Shown: positions 48,101 to 56,644, numbered from the stretch's first letter. The stretch is 64,000 bases of DNA from a virus (IMGVR_UViG_3300033075_000927:1-64000); one strand, 5' to 3'. The notes: generated by a model from the sequence alone, not told the origin. Translations and numbers: made by a program.

Positions 48101-49685
48101 TTACGTCAGCTGCCTGCTTCAGGTCTGTCGTACCGGCCACAGCGAAGTTCATCACGTCGCGGATTGCCACGCTGACATCGCCAGCGCTCATGCCGGCCAG
48201 CGACAGGGTCTTCATGGCCTCAGCCACTTCCAGCGGCCCGACCGGGCCAGTGCTGGCGAGCTGAAGCAGCTGGTCGTTCAGGCCAGAAATGGCTTCTTGG
48301 GTCTCGCCAGACAGCACGCGGATGGTCTGCAAGGTGTGGTCAACCTGAGTGCCCATCTTGACACTGAACGCAGTGCCGAAACTGATGGCTGCGCCGGCCA
48401 GCAGAGGCAGCATCTCGCCCCAGGTCAGCCAAAGCATGTTGAAGCCGGAGGCGAGGCCTCGGCTGGCCGAGTGCAAGGTGTTGGCCTCGAACGTAACACC
48501 GCGCAGCGAGCGAGCCAGCTCGTCGGCCCGGTCGCGGGCTTGGCGCGTGCTGGTGGCGGCGGCCACCATTTTGCGATTGAATTCCTCTTTGCTTCGTAGC
48601 TGCTCCTTCTGGAACCTCTGCTCCTCCCTTAACACGTCGCTTTGCCAGCCAGATAGGCTAGTCTGCATACCCTTTATCCATGAGTTGTGCGATGCAAGTT
48701 TTTCCGCCTCAGCCGCTCTCTGCTTACTGGCTGACTCCTTCTGGAACCTCTGTTCCTCTCTTAACACGTCGCTTTGCCAGCCAGATAGGCTAGTCTGCAT
48801 ACCCTTTATCCAGGAGTTGTGCGATGCAAGTTTTTCTGCCTCGGCAGCCCTCTGCTTGGCTACCTCAGACCTAGTCACCTCAGTATTCAGCTTAACGGCG
48901 CTCTGTCGCTCGGCCCACAACTCCTTGTCTATAGCCCCGAGCCGCACACCGCGTGCCTTATACTCTGCAAGTGTGTCTATTGGCAGCAGATCATCCGCCT
49001 TAATGGATTTATAGCTTACGCCCTCACCAAGTTTTTCATATGTTTTGCGATACAGCGCGTCGTACTCAGCCTGCCACTTGGCAAGTTGGCTGATGCGGAA
49101 GTTAAGCTGGTCGGCATTTTTGTCAACCTCCTTTAATGCCTCCTTCATGCCGTCTTGTCCGAGGTCTACCTTTGGTTTTTTCTTCTTCAACCTGTTCTCG
49201 AAGTCCTGATCCACCTTTATATAGGCGGCTGTGGCCATGCCAACCCTGTCTACAGCGTCCTCGAACTGCTTGGCAGCAGATGTGAACTGGCTTGTAAAGG
49301 CTTTGACAGATGCTGCTGAGGCTCCTTTCCTGGGCAGGTCTACAGACCCGAGCTTCTCAGAAGCTTCCTGCAGCTGTTTGGCAGCGTCCCGCAGAAGCTT
49401 GGCGTGGTCCTGAGCGGCTCTACGCAGGTTTGTGGCATCCTTCCTGAACGAGTTGGCTCGCTGTTCCATGCGACTTGCCATACTGGACAAGGCCTCAACC
49501 GACCCGCCTGCAGCCCCCTCCATCTCCGCAACCATCTTCCTCAAGTCCTTGGCTGAGGACTTACCGGCACCGTCAAGCACAGCTACCGTCTTCAGGGCTG
49601 ATGCCTGTAGCCGCTTCAAGGCCGCAGACGCAGCCTTCTCCATCTCCGGGGCTGTGGATGTGAACTCAAAGACAAGGTCGGTCAT
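42174..49685 (-). CDS. tape measure protein (about 2503 aa)
   Basis: TP901-like core (LSLAG..A..V..FA.AG), Ala/Gly-rich helices, internal repeats; follows the chaperone pair. Confidence 0.93.
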   Translation of the reverse strand: MTDLVFEFTSTAPEMEKAASAALKRLQASALKTVAVLDGAGKSSAKDLRKMVAEMEGAAGGSVEALSSMASRMEQRANSFRKDATNLRRAAQDHAKLLRDAAKQLQEASEKLGSVDLPRKGASAASVKAFTSQFTSAAKQFEDAVDRVGMATAAYIKVDQDFENRLKKKKPKVDLGQDGMKEALKEVDKNADQLNFRISQLAKWQAEYDALYRKTYEKLGEGVSYKSIKADDLLPIDTLAEYKARGVRLGAIDKELWAERQSAVKLNTEVTRSEVAKQRAAEAEKLASHNSWIKGMQTSLSGWQSDVLREEQRFQKESASKQRAAEAEKLASHNSWIKGMQTSLSGWQSDVLREEQRFQKEQLRSKEEFNRKMVAAATSTRQARDRADELARSLRGVTFEANTLHSASRGLASGFNMLWLTWGEMLPLLAGAAISFGTAFSVKMGTQVDHTLQTIRVLSGETQEAISGLNDQLLQLASTGPVGPLEVAEAMKTLSLAGMSAGDVSVAIRDVMNFAVAGTTDLKQAADVMTSVATAFNVTATGFNYVGDVIAKTAAVSKASVESVGEAFKTASVIHKQFGVSLEDAGVGIAALANLGIQGTAAGTALRNMYTDLSGRTPKVTKAMKELGLELRDQSGKFKDLVTLTMEFDKGLSRLDGTAQKNALLTILSERGGKPMVELRELVIEEEKVAREFAKRSGQAVVEGFEEGVKNRLQRMRDSIGDSAGFQIMARIELSETPLKQMETAVSALQSSLVSAFSSVKSEASGVALALQDLFRSDSFRSNLESLLQLTLNLAGGLVSLARFANENAGVLATLTAAYIGLRLAVGHSLELMTFYTKAQTLATTGSWAATAAVTAERVAQGPLAVQKAIATSATQADTLATWANTGAKYAAITASKLFAAALPYVGVVLAVATGAWMLYESVVGSSTQAMEDAANSTASERRIKELEAETARLNENTDAMLANMTVEQLRASRAIKADNSDTSLLRAERDRYAKQANELLDIFEKTNGGGSQQAAVVLQAQITKAVNDTAKAESALTTALAAKDKASSKEQVALDANIAAAKKNAEVTKALQAARQAAAKTGTDKFLAEQQRQLAGTAAQNKLDNELRYNRLDEIAKANKTELDGLRSRLSSEAEALKDFRDANMVQEGEYQSRITSITIEGEKAQKAAAISGWLSYAAEIDHLLTGLSAMPKSQISDNDKANRVQELNAKLLNAAEEFNNRMASIDEEANKRERRLATDQYKELDKLRKANETAIANSKDRVQAIRDEQAMADKTLGLGGVDLEATQARLKIELEAKKELRKFDLESLDKIQARDRLRADAELAADDKVWEAKHRLADNLDAQVRELVAGRTDLEVQLQTEAAATVSAVYRKEFRQRVETMSNALSDGIVDALLTGGREGGDRLRAILEKQLVSEPFTLVVKALIQPFTTAVAGGVQSLVGSNLFGAASGSTALSALSGASSLSTLFGGSGVLATASGAVSGFTSALAAGAQSLVGLKGTTAQMVTSLTSAGHIAAPGAAAGASAGSALASVAGPAAAALVALNALGVFRKTKQVGTGLSGTIGASSDIETYANMRKSGTLFSGPKYWKDRTDSAELTNVMNQATGQIIGSTKAMADALGMDASRIAGYTLKIDEAATEFKQDGMTAEQVQAKFAQILSDQVATYAEGVAGQVGGIQSIQKVGETAQEALSRAYGWWNAEQQAQIAILNAQGKSQEALNRQRELDIALLSEDEKVSRRRIFALEDQVTRETQLAGLTDRWNAASMTKTQLLEQEAKQYDISNVGLLFAVATLEEAKDLQQRLNEATMTRTELLALERAQILPGNQALFDSVQLAEERKSLDQRLNEATMTRTELLALERAQILPGNQALFDSVQLAEERKSLEQRLNEATMSRTELLALERAQILPGNQALFDSVQLAEEQKGLQQQLNEATMSRTELLALERAQILPGNQALFDSVQLAKEQKGLQQRLNEATMTRTELLALERAQILPGNRALFDHVNAMEAVSEAKDAMVSALGELISSLQSAVNDFTTVLESLAKFRTDISLNKSQLSPQEAYRAAKVELDKNQALVRSGDKSAMAEFSDVAGKFLDASSSYYASSQGYFTDLAGVNTMLTATEAAAKVAKESAVAELTDAERQLEALKEIGSSVKSLSESMQLYTSSVSSAISVDLVSHLRYIDTNGDSTVSLKEMLAKFSSMASESTLNKVFTAIDADGNGQITLLEAIKGNTSGLVSILATNASLLSRMQADYDSWFRTSSVGQSAKIPGSNVTVTNTGNGQSTVTGPSGTSTISSGASVVDLAKTNPDLNSAWANQYLAQPAEAALKATKDFLGTAAGTTVDWAGGTVRNTGSGAVWTKADGTKVPLSTNSASDMASLALTYPEIAAQWRKEGLAFARGGFHAGGMRLVGENGPELEVTGAARIYSAQQTRDLLAGYSGQGDNSELVAELRALRAEVAELKQHAAANVRVAQAVGKAQIETLEVIADASADSAKSQRLMELAR
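43690..44290 (-). repeat. 126-bp (42-aa) tandem repeat x5 in the tape measure gene
   Basis: QRLNEATMTRTELLALERAQILPGNQALFDSVQLAEE unit; anchor TCTGAGC at 43718, 43844, 43970, 44096, 44222. Confidence 0.95.
48603..48858 (-). repeat. 132-bp (44-aa) tandem duplication in the tape measure gene
   Basis: KQRAAEAEKLASHNSWIKGMQTSLSGWQSDVLREEQRFQKE occurs twice. Confidence 0.93.
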
Positions 49686-49731
49686 GCTGGTTTCCTGTTC
49701 GCTGCTATGCAGCGATGGTACCCGGAACCGG

Positions 49732-49765
49732 AAAAAATGAAGCCCCGGCAGGCGGGGCTTTTCAC
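49732..49765 (-). terminator. intrinsic terminator
   Basis: Minus strand AAGCCCCG-CCTGC-CGGGGCTT followed by CATTTTTT. Confidence 0.65.
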
Positions 49766-50106
49766 TTATTGGACGACTTCGCTGGCTTTTTCGCCTCAAT
49801 CCGATCTCGCCAGTGCGCGTCCAGGCGACGCATCAGGCCCCAAAGCTCCTCGGCTTCGTCAATCTCCACCGAGTGCAACCAGCAGTAGGCCTGGAAAACC
49901 GGAAGGCTGATCGGCAGCAGCCCGGACATGCTGTAGGGCCTACTGCCGGAAAGCTCTAGGAATGCGTCATACAGATTCTGCTGGTAGACGCTCAGCTTGG
50001 GCTGGGAGCTGATGGCCTTGGGTACGATGCCAGTCTGCTCCATCATCTCGTAGAGGGCTGGCAGCTCCTGGCCCCACTCTACACTCCACGAGATGTAGTC
50101 CGTCAG
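49762..50106 (-). CDS. tail assembly chaperone, -1 frameshift extension (gpT-like)
   Basis: The -1 frame after the slippery site reads LTDYISWSVEW..MMEQTGIVP to the stop at 49762. Confidence 0.8.
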   Translation of the reverse strand: MTDYISWSVEWGQELPALYEMMEQTGIVPKAISSQPKLSVYQQNLYDAFLELSGSRPYSMSGLLPISLPVFQAYCWLHSVEIDEAEELWGLMRRLDAHWRDRIEAKKPAKSSNK

Positions 50107-50498
50107 TTTTTTTCGTCTTCCTCGTCCTGGTGAACCTTGAATCGCTCAAGTTCGGCAGACGCGGTGTCGATGACCTCGCGGAAGTCCTTCATCTCCAGCA
50201 GCAGCTCGTAGGCAGTTTGCTGGCTGTACGGCAGATCCTTGCCGTCAACCTGCACGTTCTTCCAGCCCAGCAGGATGGTCTTCGACATCACTTCACACAT
50301 GATCTCGTCAGCCTTCTTCTCGGCTGCGTCGCCCTTGCCTTCAACGACCAGGCGATTGGCCTTCCACAACTTGCTGAACAGCTTGCGGTGGGTGGGGTTG
50401 AACTTGCGGGCGATGATGAAGGTGGAGTCGCCGTACTCGAAGGGCACGCCCTTGATTTCGGCTTCGGTGTCGGTTGCAAAGGCTTTGCGCAGATCCAT
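50103..50498 (-). CDS. tail assembly chaperone (gpG-like)
   Basis: Between the tail tube and tape measure genes; ends GAA AAA AAC TGA. Confidence 0.85.
   Translation of the reverse strand: MDLRKAFATDTEAEIKGVPFEYGDSTFIIARKFNPTHRKLFSKLWKANRLVVEGKGDAAEKKADEIMCEVMSKTILLGWKNVQVDGKDLPYSQQTAYELLLEMKDFREVIDTASAELERFKVHQDEEDEKN
50106..50112 (-). promoter_or_regulatory. programmed -1 frameshift slippery heptamer A AAA AAC
   Basis: X XXY YYZ just before the gpG stop; the -1 frame stays open into the downstream ORF. Confidence 0.82.
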
Positions 50499-50560
50499 GT
50501 CAGTCTTTCAGTTGGTTGGTGACGTGGGGATTGTACCCGGCTTCGAGCCCAGTGCAAACG

Positions 50561-50593
50561 AAAAAGCCGCCCAGGGCTTGCACCGAGGGCGGC
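50561..50593 (-). terminator. intrinsic terminator after the tail tube gene
   Basis: GCCGCCC..GGGCGGC followed by TTTTT on the minus strand. Confidence 0.7.
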
Positions 50594-50632
50594 AAAGGAA
50601 GTTGCAGCGAGCAACCCACCAACCAACAGGTA

Positions 50633-51853
50633 TCAGACCACTGCAGACCCAATTCTGTCCACAAACAGAGTCTTGCGCAGGGCGGAGACAGCGTTGCTGT
50701 CATCGTTCAGGCCCATGAACGAGATGGAGGCCATCACGTCAGTGTCCTTGCTGCCAGCATTGATCTTGTGGGTGGAGATGTTGGCGGCAGGCAAGGTGAA
50801 GACGTAGCCGTTGCCAGCGCCGTCCACCGAGCTGAAGATGATCTGCGAATTGGCATTGCTGATGAAGCGGTCGAACAGCACACCGTCGCTGAAGTAGACC
50901 TCAACGTCCACCGTGCAGTTGATCGTGCCGCTGCCGATGCCCACCGCACCCAGGGTGCAGATGCCGTCCTGGGTGCGCAGGGCGTTGTCGAACGACAGGG
51001 ACACCGACTTGGCGAATGTGCCGGTCAGGGGTGTGGTGCCAAGCCAAATCTGGCAGGCTGCCGTGTTGCTCACACCAGACTGGGTGCCGTAGGCGTAGGA
51101 GTCAACAGGCGTGCCGGGCAAGTTGGTGACCGTGTTGCGCACCGCATCCTTGCCCATGAAGTCGAAGTTGATCGTGGACAGGCTGCCAGAAGAGATGCCG
51201 ATGTCCATCTTGGACGGTGTCATGCCACGGTGGTTGAAGAACTGGCCGACGTCGGTCAGCTGGCGCTCCAGTGAGAACGAGGTCTGGGTGCTGCCGTGTG
51301 TCAGGCGGCTGGTCTGCAGCGCCACGTTGGCCACAGCGGAGCCGACAGCCGCAGGCGTGTTGGCATCCAGGGTGATGACTGTGGCCGTGGGAGCTGTCAC
51401 AGTGGATACGCGCAGCAGTCGCCCGTTGTTGGCGTTCGCGCCAGCACTGACTCGGAACCACTGGCCACGCTGCAGGGTGGTGAAGGCCGAGCCGCCGGTG
51501 GGTGCCACGGTGGCTGTGATCGTGGTGGCGGTGAAGTCTGCCGTGAAGGTGGCGCCGACCCCGTTGGTACCGTAGGCGGCCCAGGTGCTTTGCAGGGTGC
51601 CAGCCATCAGCAAGTCGTATTCAGCGTACTGCAGCTCGCCCTGGATGCCGCCAGTCGCGGAGGCGCTGACAGGGCTCATGGACGAGGTGGTGCGAGTCGA
51701 GTTGATCTCAGCCGAGGCGGTCTTCTCAATGGAGAAGTCCAGGCTCTCGCCTGTCATGCGCAGGCGGCGGTAGTTGCCTGTGGTGGGTGTGACGCCAAAG
51801 GTGGCTTCAGGGATGTAGCCGAGTGCGGCTGCGGAAGTTGATGCAAGAGGCAT
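50633..51853 (-). CDS. major tail tube protein
   Basis: LGYIPE.TFGVTP N-terminus, SFSLERQ and V.Y.F motifs, with a central Ig/beta insertion. Confidence 0.85.
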   Translation of the reverse strand: MPLASTSAAALGYIPEATFGVTPTTGNYRRLRMTGESLDFSIEKTASAEINSTRTTSSMSPVSASATGGIQGELQYAEYDLLMAGTLQSTWAAYGTNGVGATFTADFTATTITATVAPTGGSAFTTLQRGQWFRVSAGANANNGRLLRVSTVTAPTATVITLDANTPAAVGSAVANVALQTSRLTHGSTQTSFSLERQLTDVGQFFNHRGMTPSKMDIGISSGSLSTINFDFMGKDAVRNTVTNLPGTPVDSYAYGTQSGVSNTAACQIWLGTTPLTGTFAKSVSLSFDNALRTQDGICTLGAVGIGSGTINCTVDVEVYFSDGVLFDRFISNANSQIIFSSVDGAGNGYVFTLPAANISTHKINAGSKDTDVMASISFMGLNDDSNAVSALRKTLFVDRIGSAVV

Positions 51854-51957
51854 TGTTTGGCTCCGTGGTGGGATGTGCCAGCATCATGCCCCGTGCAGGC
51901 GAGGAAGTGAACCCAGCAAGTTCCGGTTACAGGCTTGCTGAACGCCAAAGTTCCGAC

Positions 51958-52389
51958 TTACGGGATATTGACCACCACATCGAACCAAAACGGCACACCG
52001 ACGTTGCTTTTGTACCAGCCGTCAGCCTTTCGGTCTGGGCGCATGTCCGTCAGCAGGGTGCGAACAATGCCGTGCGTGCGCCCGTGCAGGCGCGTGTAGA
52101 AGAAGTCCAGTAGGGCCAGGTTCTTGGTCGAGCCCAGGCCTTCCTTGGTGTTCGCCTCCAGCACCAGCACACCGATGTGACGGTGGAATGGCTTTCTGTT
52201 CAGGTCGCCCTGATAGGCATCCACAAACTTGACGTTCACGTCCAACCAGGTCTCATGCTGCTCGTGCTGGCTGACGGAGTCCCGGTTGTCGTAGTCCACC
52301 AGCAGCGGTTGGCCTGTGGCCGTCACGTAGGCGGCCCGCACCGCTTCTACAGCGGTGACGAGGTCTGCGCGGGCTTGGACAAGGCTCAT
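51958..52389 (-). CDS. tail terminator / completion protein
   Basis: Position and size; start at MSLVQAR (ATGA overlap). Confidence 0.65.
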   Translation of the reverse strand: MSLVQARADLVTAVEAVRAAYVTATGQPLLVDYDNRDSVSQHEQHETWLDVNVKFVDAYQGDLNRKPFHRHIGVLVLEANTKEGLGSTKNLALLDFFYTRLHGRTHGIVRTLLTDMRPDRKADGWYKSNVGVPFWFDVVVNIP

Positions 52390-52922
52390 GGTGACTCTCC
52401 GTAGAACTTCAGGTACTGGAACTTGGCAAGTGTAACCGACCTGATGTTCCAGGAGGCTGTCAGGATTTCGTCTGCCTGCCGCACCTGGGCGTGGTTGATG
52501 TCGCGCCACGACAAGGGGTCGAGGTCTCCCTCTGGCCGCGCCCCGAGGCTCAGCGCCATCGCCGCGTAATGGGTGTTGACCAGCTGGATCTTGGAGTTGT
52601 ACTTCAGGGTGGCCACCTGCGCTCGCGCTTTGGCGACGGCCTGCTTCTTGTTGGCCTCGAACTCACCTGGTGTGTCCACCGGGTCGATGTCCGTCCAGTC
52701 CCCAGGCACCTTGGCGCTGGTGCCGGGCGAAATCAGGTTCGTGCGCAGGCTCCAGCTGTCCACCAGGGCACCGGAATACTGGGGTGTCGCGTCGATGACG
52801 AATTTGTAGACGGCAAAGACGCGCTTGCGCACGTACTCCTGCGGTGCCGTCTTCAGCATCTGCTGTGCCCGCTTGGTCTTGGCCATGAACGGGTTGACGT
52901 TGACGCGAGCGCCGATCTGCAT
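52386..52922 (-). CDS. neck / tail completion protein (HK97 gp10-like)
   Basis: TPQYSGALVDSW motif. Confidence 0.65.
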   Translation of the reverse strand: MQIGARVNVNPFMAKTKRAQQMLKTAPQEYVRKRVFAVYKFVIDATPQYSGALVDSWSLRTNLISPGTSAKVPGDWTDIDPVDTPGEFEANKKQAVAKARAQVATLKYNSKIQLVNTHYAAMALSLGARPEGDLDPLSWRDINHAQVRQADEILTASWNIRSVTLAKFQYLKFYGESP

Positions 52923-52923
52923 G

Positions 52924-53877
52924 TCAGGCCCTGCGAACGTGGAGGTTCCAGCAGTCGGCTTCCAGCGTGATGCCGACGATCTGCACGGGTGAGAACTGGG
53001 CGTTTGGCGCTGGCGCGGCGGAGTTGAACTCTGGAATGCGGATCAGCAGCGGCGTGCCAACCTTGGGAGCCGGGTAGTCAGCAAAGCGAACCAGCACCGT
53101 CAAGTCTTCGGGCTTGAACTTCTCAGCTTCGGCCTTGCGCCGGTAGAGCTGATGTGTGGGCATGACCAAGGTCTGGAACGCGCTGGTAGTGCCTGCAAAC
53201 GTGTCTGTGACAGGATCGTAGGCCCCTGTCGTCACCTGGGCCTGTGTCAGGCCGTAGCGGTCGATCAGGTCGGCCTCCACCACCGTCATGCCGTCTTCTG
53301 CCGGGTAGCTGGTGCGGCAGCGAAATAGTGTGCCGTCCTCGATGCGGAAGAAGCCCAAGCCCCTGGTATTGGTCTGCTGGCCAGACCAGAAGTTCTGGCC
53401 CCAGAAGCTGTCCTGGGCCCAGTCGGAATTCAGGTTCTTGAAGTCCGCGCCGGCCAGCGTCAAGGTGAAGAACGGGAAGTAGTCTGAGCTGGTGGCCGTG
53501 TCCACGGTGTTCTTCATCTGCTCCAACCGACCGTAAATGGCCAGGCCGGTGGAAGCCGTCACCACCTGGCCTGGGGTCAAGGCCTGGGCCAAGTTCGTGA
53601 CCCTGCGCATGGGCACCGTCTGGCGGATCACCTTGTCGAAAACGGCGTCTGCCGAGGGCTCTCCCAACAGCCAGATTTCGCCAAGCAGGCTGGCCACTCT
53701 GCGGGCCGGCAGGGTGAGGCCTGGGGCCATGCTCATGGTGCGGCGGCGGGCGACGGAGCCGTCAGGGTCGGTCTCTTCGAACGTGCTGAACTGAACCTTG
53801 TAGGGCATTGCGGTGCCGGTGTAGGCATCGGCCATGCTGACACGGTCGAAATACTTGGCGGCGTTTGCGAGCTTCAA
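52924..53877 (-). CDS. head closure / head-tail joining protein
   Basis: Position in the neck module. Confidence 0.5.
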   Translation of the reverse strand: MKLANAAKYFDRVSMADAYTGTAMPYKVQFSTFEETDPDGSVARRRTMSMAPGLTLPARRVASLLGEIWLLGEPSADAVFDKVIRQTVPMRRVTNLAQALTPGQVVTASTGLAIYGRLEQMKNTVDTATSSDYFPFFTLTLAGADFKNLNSDWAQDSFWGQNFWSGQQTNTRGLGFFRIEDGTLFRCRTSYPAEDGMTVVEADLIDRYGLTQAQVTTGAYDPVTDTFAGTTSAFQTLVMPTHQLYRRKAEAEKFKPEDLTVLVRFADYPAPKVGTPLLIRIPEFNSAAPAPNAQFSPVQIVGITLEADCWNLHVRRA

Positions 53878-53879
53878 GA

Positions 53880-54377
53880 TCAGGCTCCGGTCACTGGGTC
53901 GGTGGCGATGCCGGTCGAGCGCACGAAGATGGGCGCTACGATGCTGTTGGTCAGCGTGGTGCTGTTCAGGGTGCCGTAGGCGGCTGCAACGCGGCTGCGG
54001 GCCAGTGACAGTCCGGCCAGCACGCCGTCTCTCACGTCTTGGAATGGGTCGGCCTGCCGGTCGAAGTCTGCCCGGCCATCCCCGATGCTTTTCGGTGCGA
54101 ACAAGGGAAGCGAGGTCAGGAGCTGTTTGGCGACGTTGAATGTTGAGAACAGCTGCACCGCGTCGTAAAACCGTTGCTGCACCGTGGTCAGGGGGCCGGG
54201 CAAGGCCGCAACTGTAGCATAAGTCGATTCGACATCCGAAGCGATGTCCGCCAGCTCGAAGCCCAGGTCTCGCATGTACATGGGCAGCGCCAGGGTCGCG
54301 TCTTCAAGCTCCTCGTCGCTCACGCCAAGGGTTGCTCGAATTTCGTCGTAGGATGTGAATTGGGTAATGGTGGCCAT
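53880..54377 (-). CDS. head-tail adaptor
   Basis: TSYDEIRATLGV N-terminus; position after the capsid gene. Confidence 0.6.
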   Translation of the reverse strand: MATITQFTSYDEIRATLGVSDEELEDATLALPMYMRDLGFELADIASDVESTYATVAALPGPLTTVQQRFYDAVQLFSTFNVAKQLLTSLPLFAPKSIGDGRADFDRQADPFQDVRDGVLAGLSLARSRVAAAYGTLNSTTLTNSIVAPIFVRSTGIATDPVTGA

Positions 54378-54501
54378 GCCCGGATTATGTGCTTGGGGCC
54401 TTGTGGCGGCGGTGCAGAAGGTGGGAAGTGGGAAGTAGTTCAGCAGCACCTTGAGCTGTTCTGTGCTACAATGCAATCTTCATCAACTCAAGGTATTGAA
54501 A

Positions 54502-54636
54502 ATGGGCCCCACGATCCAAGTCCGGCTGCCGGACGAACTGAAAGCAGCACTTCAAGCCCGCGCCGACGCGGAAGGTCGCACGCTGTCTAACCTGATACGC
54601 AGGATTCTGGAGCAGGCGATGAAGGAGCAGGCATGA
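54502..54636 (+). CDS. ribbon-helix-helix (Arc/CopG-like) regulator
   Basis: TIQVRLPDELKAALQARADAEGRTLSNLIRRIL; TGcTACAAT extended -10 at 54464-54472. Confidence 0.8.
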   Translation: MGPTIQVRLPDELKAALQARADAEGRTLSNLIRRILEQAMKEQA

Positions 54637-54687
54637 GCTACACCGACATCAATGCTGGCAAGCGCCGGGTGGGCCAGAACCGCTAAG

Positions 54688-54715
54688 AATAAGGCCCGCA
54701 TTAGCGGGCCTTATT
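54688..54715. terminator. bidirectional terminator
   Basis: AATAAGGCCCGC-ATTA-GCGGGCCTTATT between convergent genes. Confidence 0.8.
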
Positions 54716-54911
54716 ATTTCTGCTTCGGTTGTTCCGGCTCATACGGAACCAACCACCCAGCCTGCTCTCTTGTCCAAGCTGACGGAGTGACCCGCTGCGG
54801 TACACCGGGCTCAAAGACAAGTCCCGTATTTGGGTCTTGCATAGCGAAGACAGCCTTACTGACTAGCAAGGCTGTCTCTGTCTGCACCTGTTTCGCTGCC
54901 TGTGTAGCCAT
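54714..54911 (-). CDS. small hypothetical protein after the capsid gene (65 aa)
   Basis: ORF track. Confidence 0.65.
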   Translation of the reverse strand: MATQAAKQVQTETALLVSKAVFAMQDPNTGLVFEPGVPQRVTPSAWTREQAGWLVPYEPEQPKQK

Positions 54912-54945
54912 GTCAGAAGCCCAGACTAGCTGGACACTTTAGCTA

Positions 54946-56142
54946 TTAGGCAGTGATGACCAGGCGGTCAAACGGTTTCAGGTCAACGTCACCGTAAGTG
55001 CGGAAGATACCTTCGCTCCAATCGAAGCGCATCATAGAGCTGCGCTTCATAGCGTACTCTTCCATTGCAGAGTAAGAGGCACCTGTGTTGGTGACTCGGG
55101 TCAGGGCGCTGCGAGCATCCAGGGCCCAGACTTGGCCTTCTGGGATTGGGCCGCCATCAGCAGCGTCATCGACCAGGAAAACCTTGACATCTTCGCCAAA
55201 AGAGACGTTGATGGGCATGGCGTTTTGGCCGCCAGCAATGGCACCAGCCATGCGAGGGTCATAGTTCACAGTGCCGGGGCGACCTGTGCGGCCTTCGATC
55301 TGCAGGTAAGTGCCGACCGTACAAGCAACGTGCGTGATCTTGCGATACTTGCGGTTACGGGCCAGGAACTTCACCCAAGCTTTGTGCGTCAGCACGCCGC
55401 CAGTAGAGGTGGAATCCAAGGCGCTGGATGCGACGGTTGCCACGGTGGTTTTGTTCAGGTCGCCGCCGCCAAGGAAGACCTCGGACAGGTAGGTGTTGAC
55501 GCGCTCGTCGCGCTCGATCATCAGGTAGCGGGCCACCGACATCGTCACGAAGTCCAGGGTCGTTGCACGCAGGGCCTGGTCAGACCACTGCATACCCATG
55601 TTCCACACAGGAAGCTTGCGCACCACGTCAGAGGTGGAGAAGCTGATCAACAGGGGAGGCGGGGCGTTCTGGGCCATGCGCTGAGACTTGCCAGCCTCAG
55701 TCTTGGTGTAGTCGATGACAGGCTGCTCGAATACCTCAGTGGCGATGCTCATGTTCATGCCGACCATGCTATCGAACGCTGTGGTGTCGGAAGTCATGTC
55801 CTTGAGCATCTTGCTTTCAGTTGCATCAAGAATGGTCTGCACCACGAAGGCGCGGGACTCGGTGCCCATCGTGCCAGTGCCCTTGGACACGTTCAAGTTT
55901 GCCTCGATCTGGCCCAGGGTCAGGTCGGTGAAGCCGAAGTCCTTGTTGCCTTGGGCATAGATGCCCAGTGAGCTGCGGAACTGCTCCATCGCAGTGCCGA
56001 CTTTCAGATTGGCATCAGCAAATGTGCGGTTGATGTAGGCTGTAGGACTGAGGCCGGCTTCGCGGGGCTTGTCAAGCAGCATGTCAGCGGTGATTTCCAC
56101 CTGCTGAACACCGCCAGTTGAGTCGATATAAGATGCTTTCAT
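54946..56142 (-). CDS. major capsid protein
   Basis: 398 aa, strong RBS GGAG, follows protease and decoration genes, highly expressed codon bias. Confidence 0.85.
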   Translation of the reverse strand: MKASYIDSTGGVQQVEITADMLLDKPREAGLSPTAYINRTFADANLKVGTAMEQFRSSLGIYAQGNKDFGFTDLTLGQIEANLNVSKGTGTMGTESRAFVVQTILDATESKMLKDMTSDTTAFDSMVGMNMSIATEVFEQPVIDYTKTEAGKSQRMAQNAPPPLLISFSTSDVVRKLPVWNMGMQWSDQALRATTLDFVTMSVARYLMIERDERVNTYLSEVFLGGGDLNKTTVATVASSALDSTSTGGVLTHKAWVKFLARNRKYRKITHVACTVGTYLQIEGRTGRPGTVNYDPRMAGAIAGGQNAMPINVSFGEDVKVFLVDDAADGGPIPEGQVWALDARSALTRVTNTGASYSAMEEYAMKRSSMMRFDWSEGIFRTYGDVDLKPFDRLVITA

Positions 56143-56167
56143 GGGGTTCTCCTGTGCGGTTCTGGGG

Positions 56168-56644
56168 TTAGACTCGTTCGATCACGATGGTAGTACCCAC
56201 CGCGCCAGTGCCGGCGGTCCACAAAGAGACGACGCGCCACTTGAAGTTCAAAGTGTTGCCAGCAGCCGTGGCCTTGCATACCTTGGGGTAACCGGTCAGC
56301 GCGGTGCCTTTGGCGGTGATGGTGCCAGCGACGACGTAGTCACCGATGGCAATGGCACCAGTGCCGGGTGTGGCCTGCAGGCCATCAGCCATTGCAAAGT
56401 AGCGGCCAAATTCGTGGACACCGCCAATTGAGAAATCGTTCTGGGTGGAGGACTCCACCGAGGTGATGAAACCTTCGATCTCGTTGCCAGCGGCACAAAG
56501 GTCAAAGCGGGAGTCGCCGGCCAATCTGACAGGCTTGCCGACTTCACGGTAGTCGTAGTTGTTGGCGGCACCGGCTGCGGCAAGGCGGACAACCTTGGAG
56601 CCTTCAGGTGTGGCAGAGGGGGCGAGGTAGTGGTCACGGGCCAT
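56168..56644 (-). CDS. head decoration / cement protein
   Basis: Gly/Ala-rich beta protein between the protease and capsid genes. Confidence 0.65.
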   Translation of the reverse strand: MARDHYLAPSATPEGSKVVRLAAAGAANNYDYREVGKPVRLAGDSRFDLCAAGNEIEGFITSVESSTQNDFSIGGVHEFGRYFAMADGLQATPGTGAIAIGDYVVAGTITAKGTALTGYPKVCKATAAGNTLNFKWRVVSLWTAGTGAVGTTIVIERV

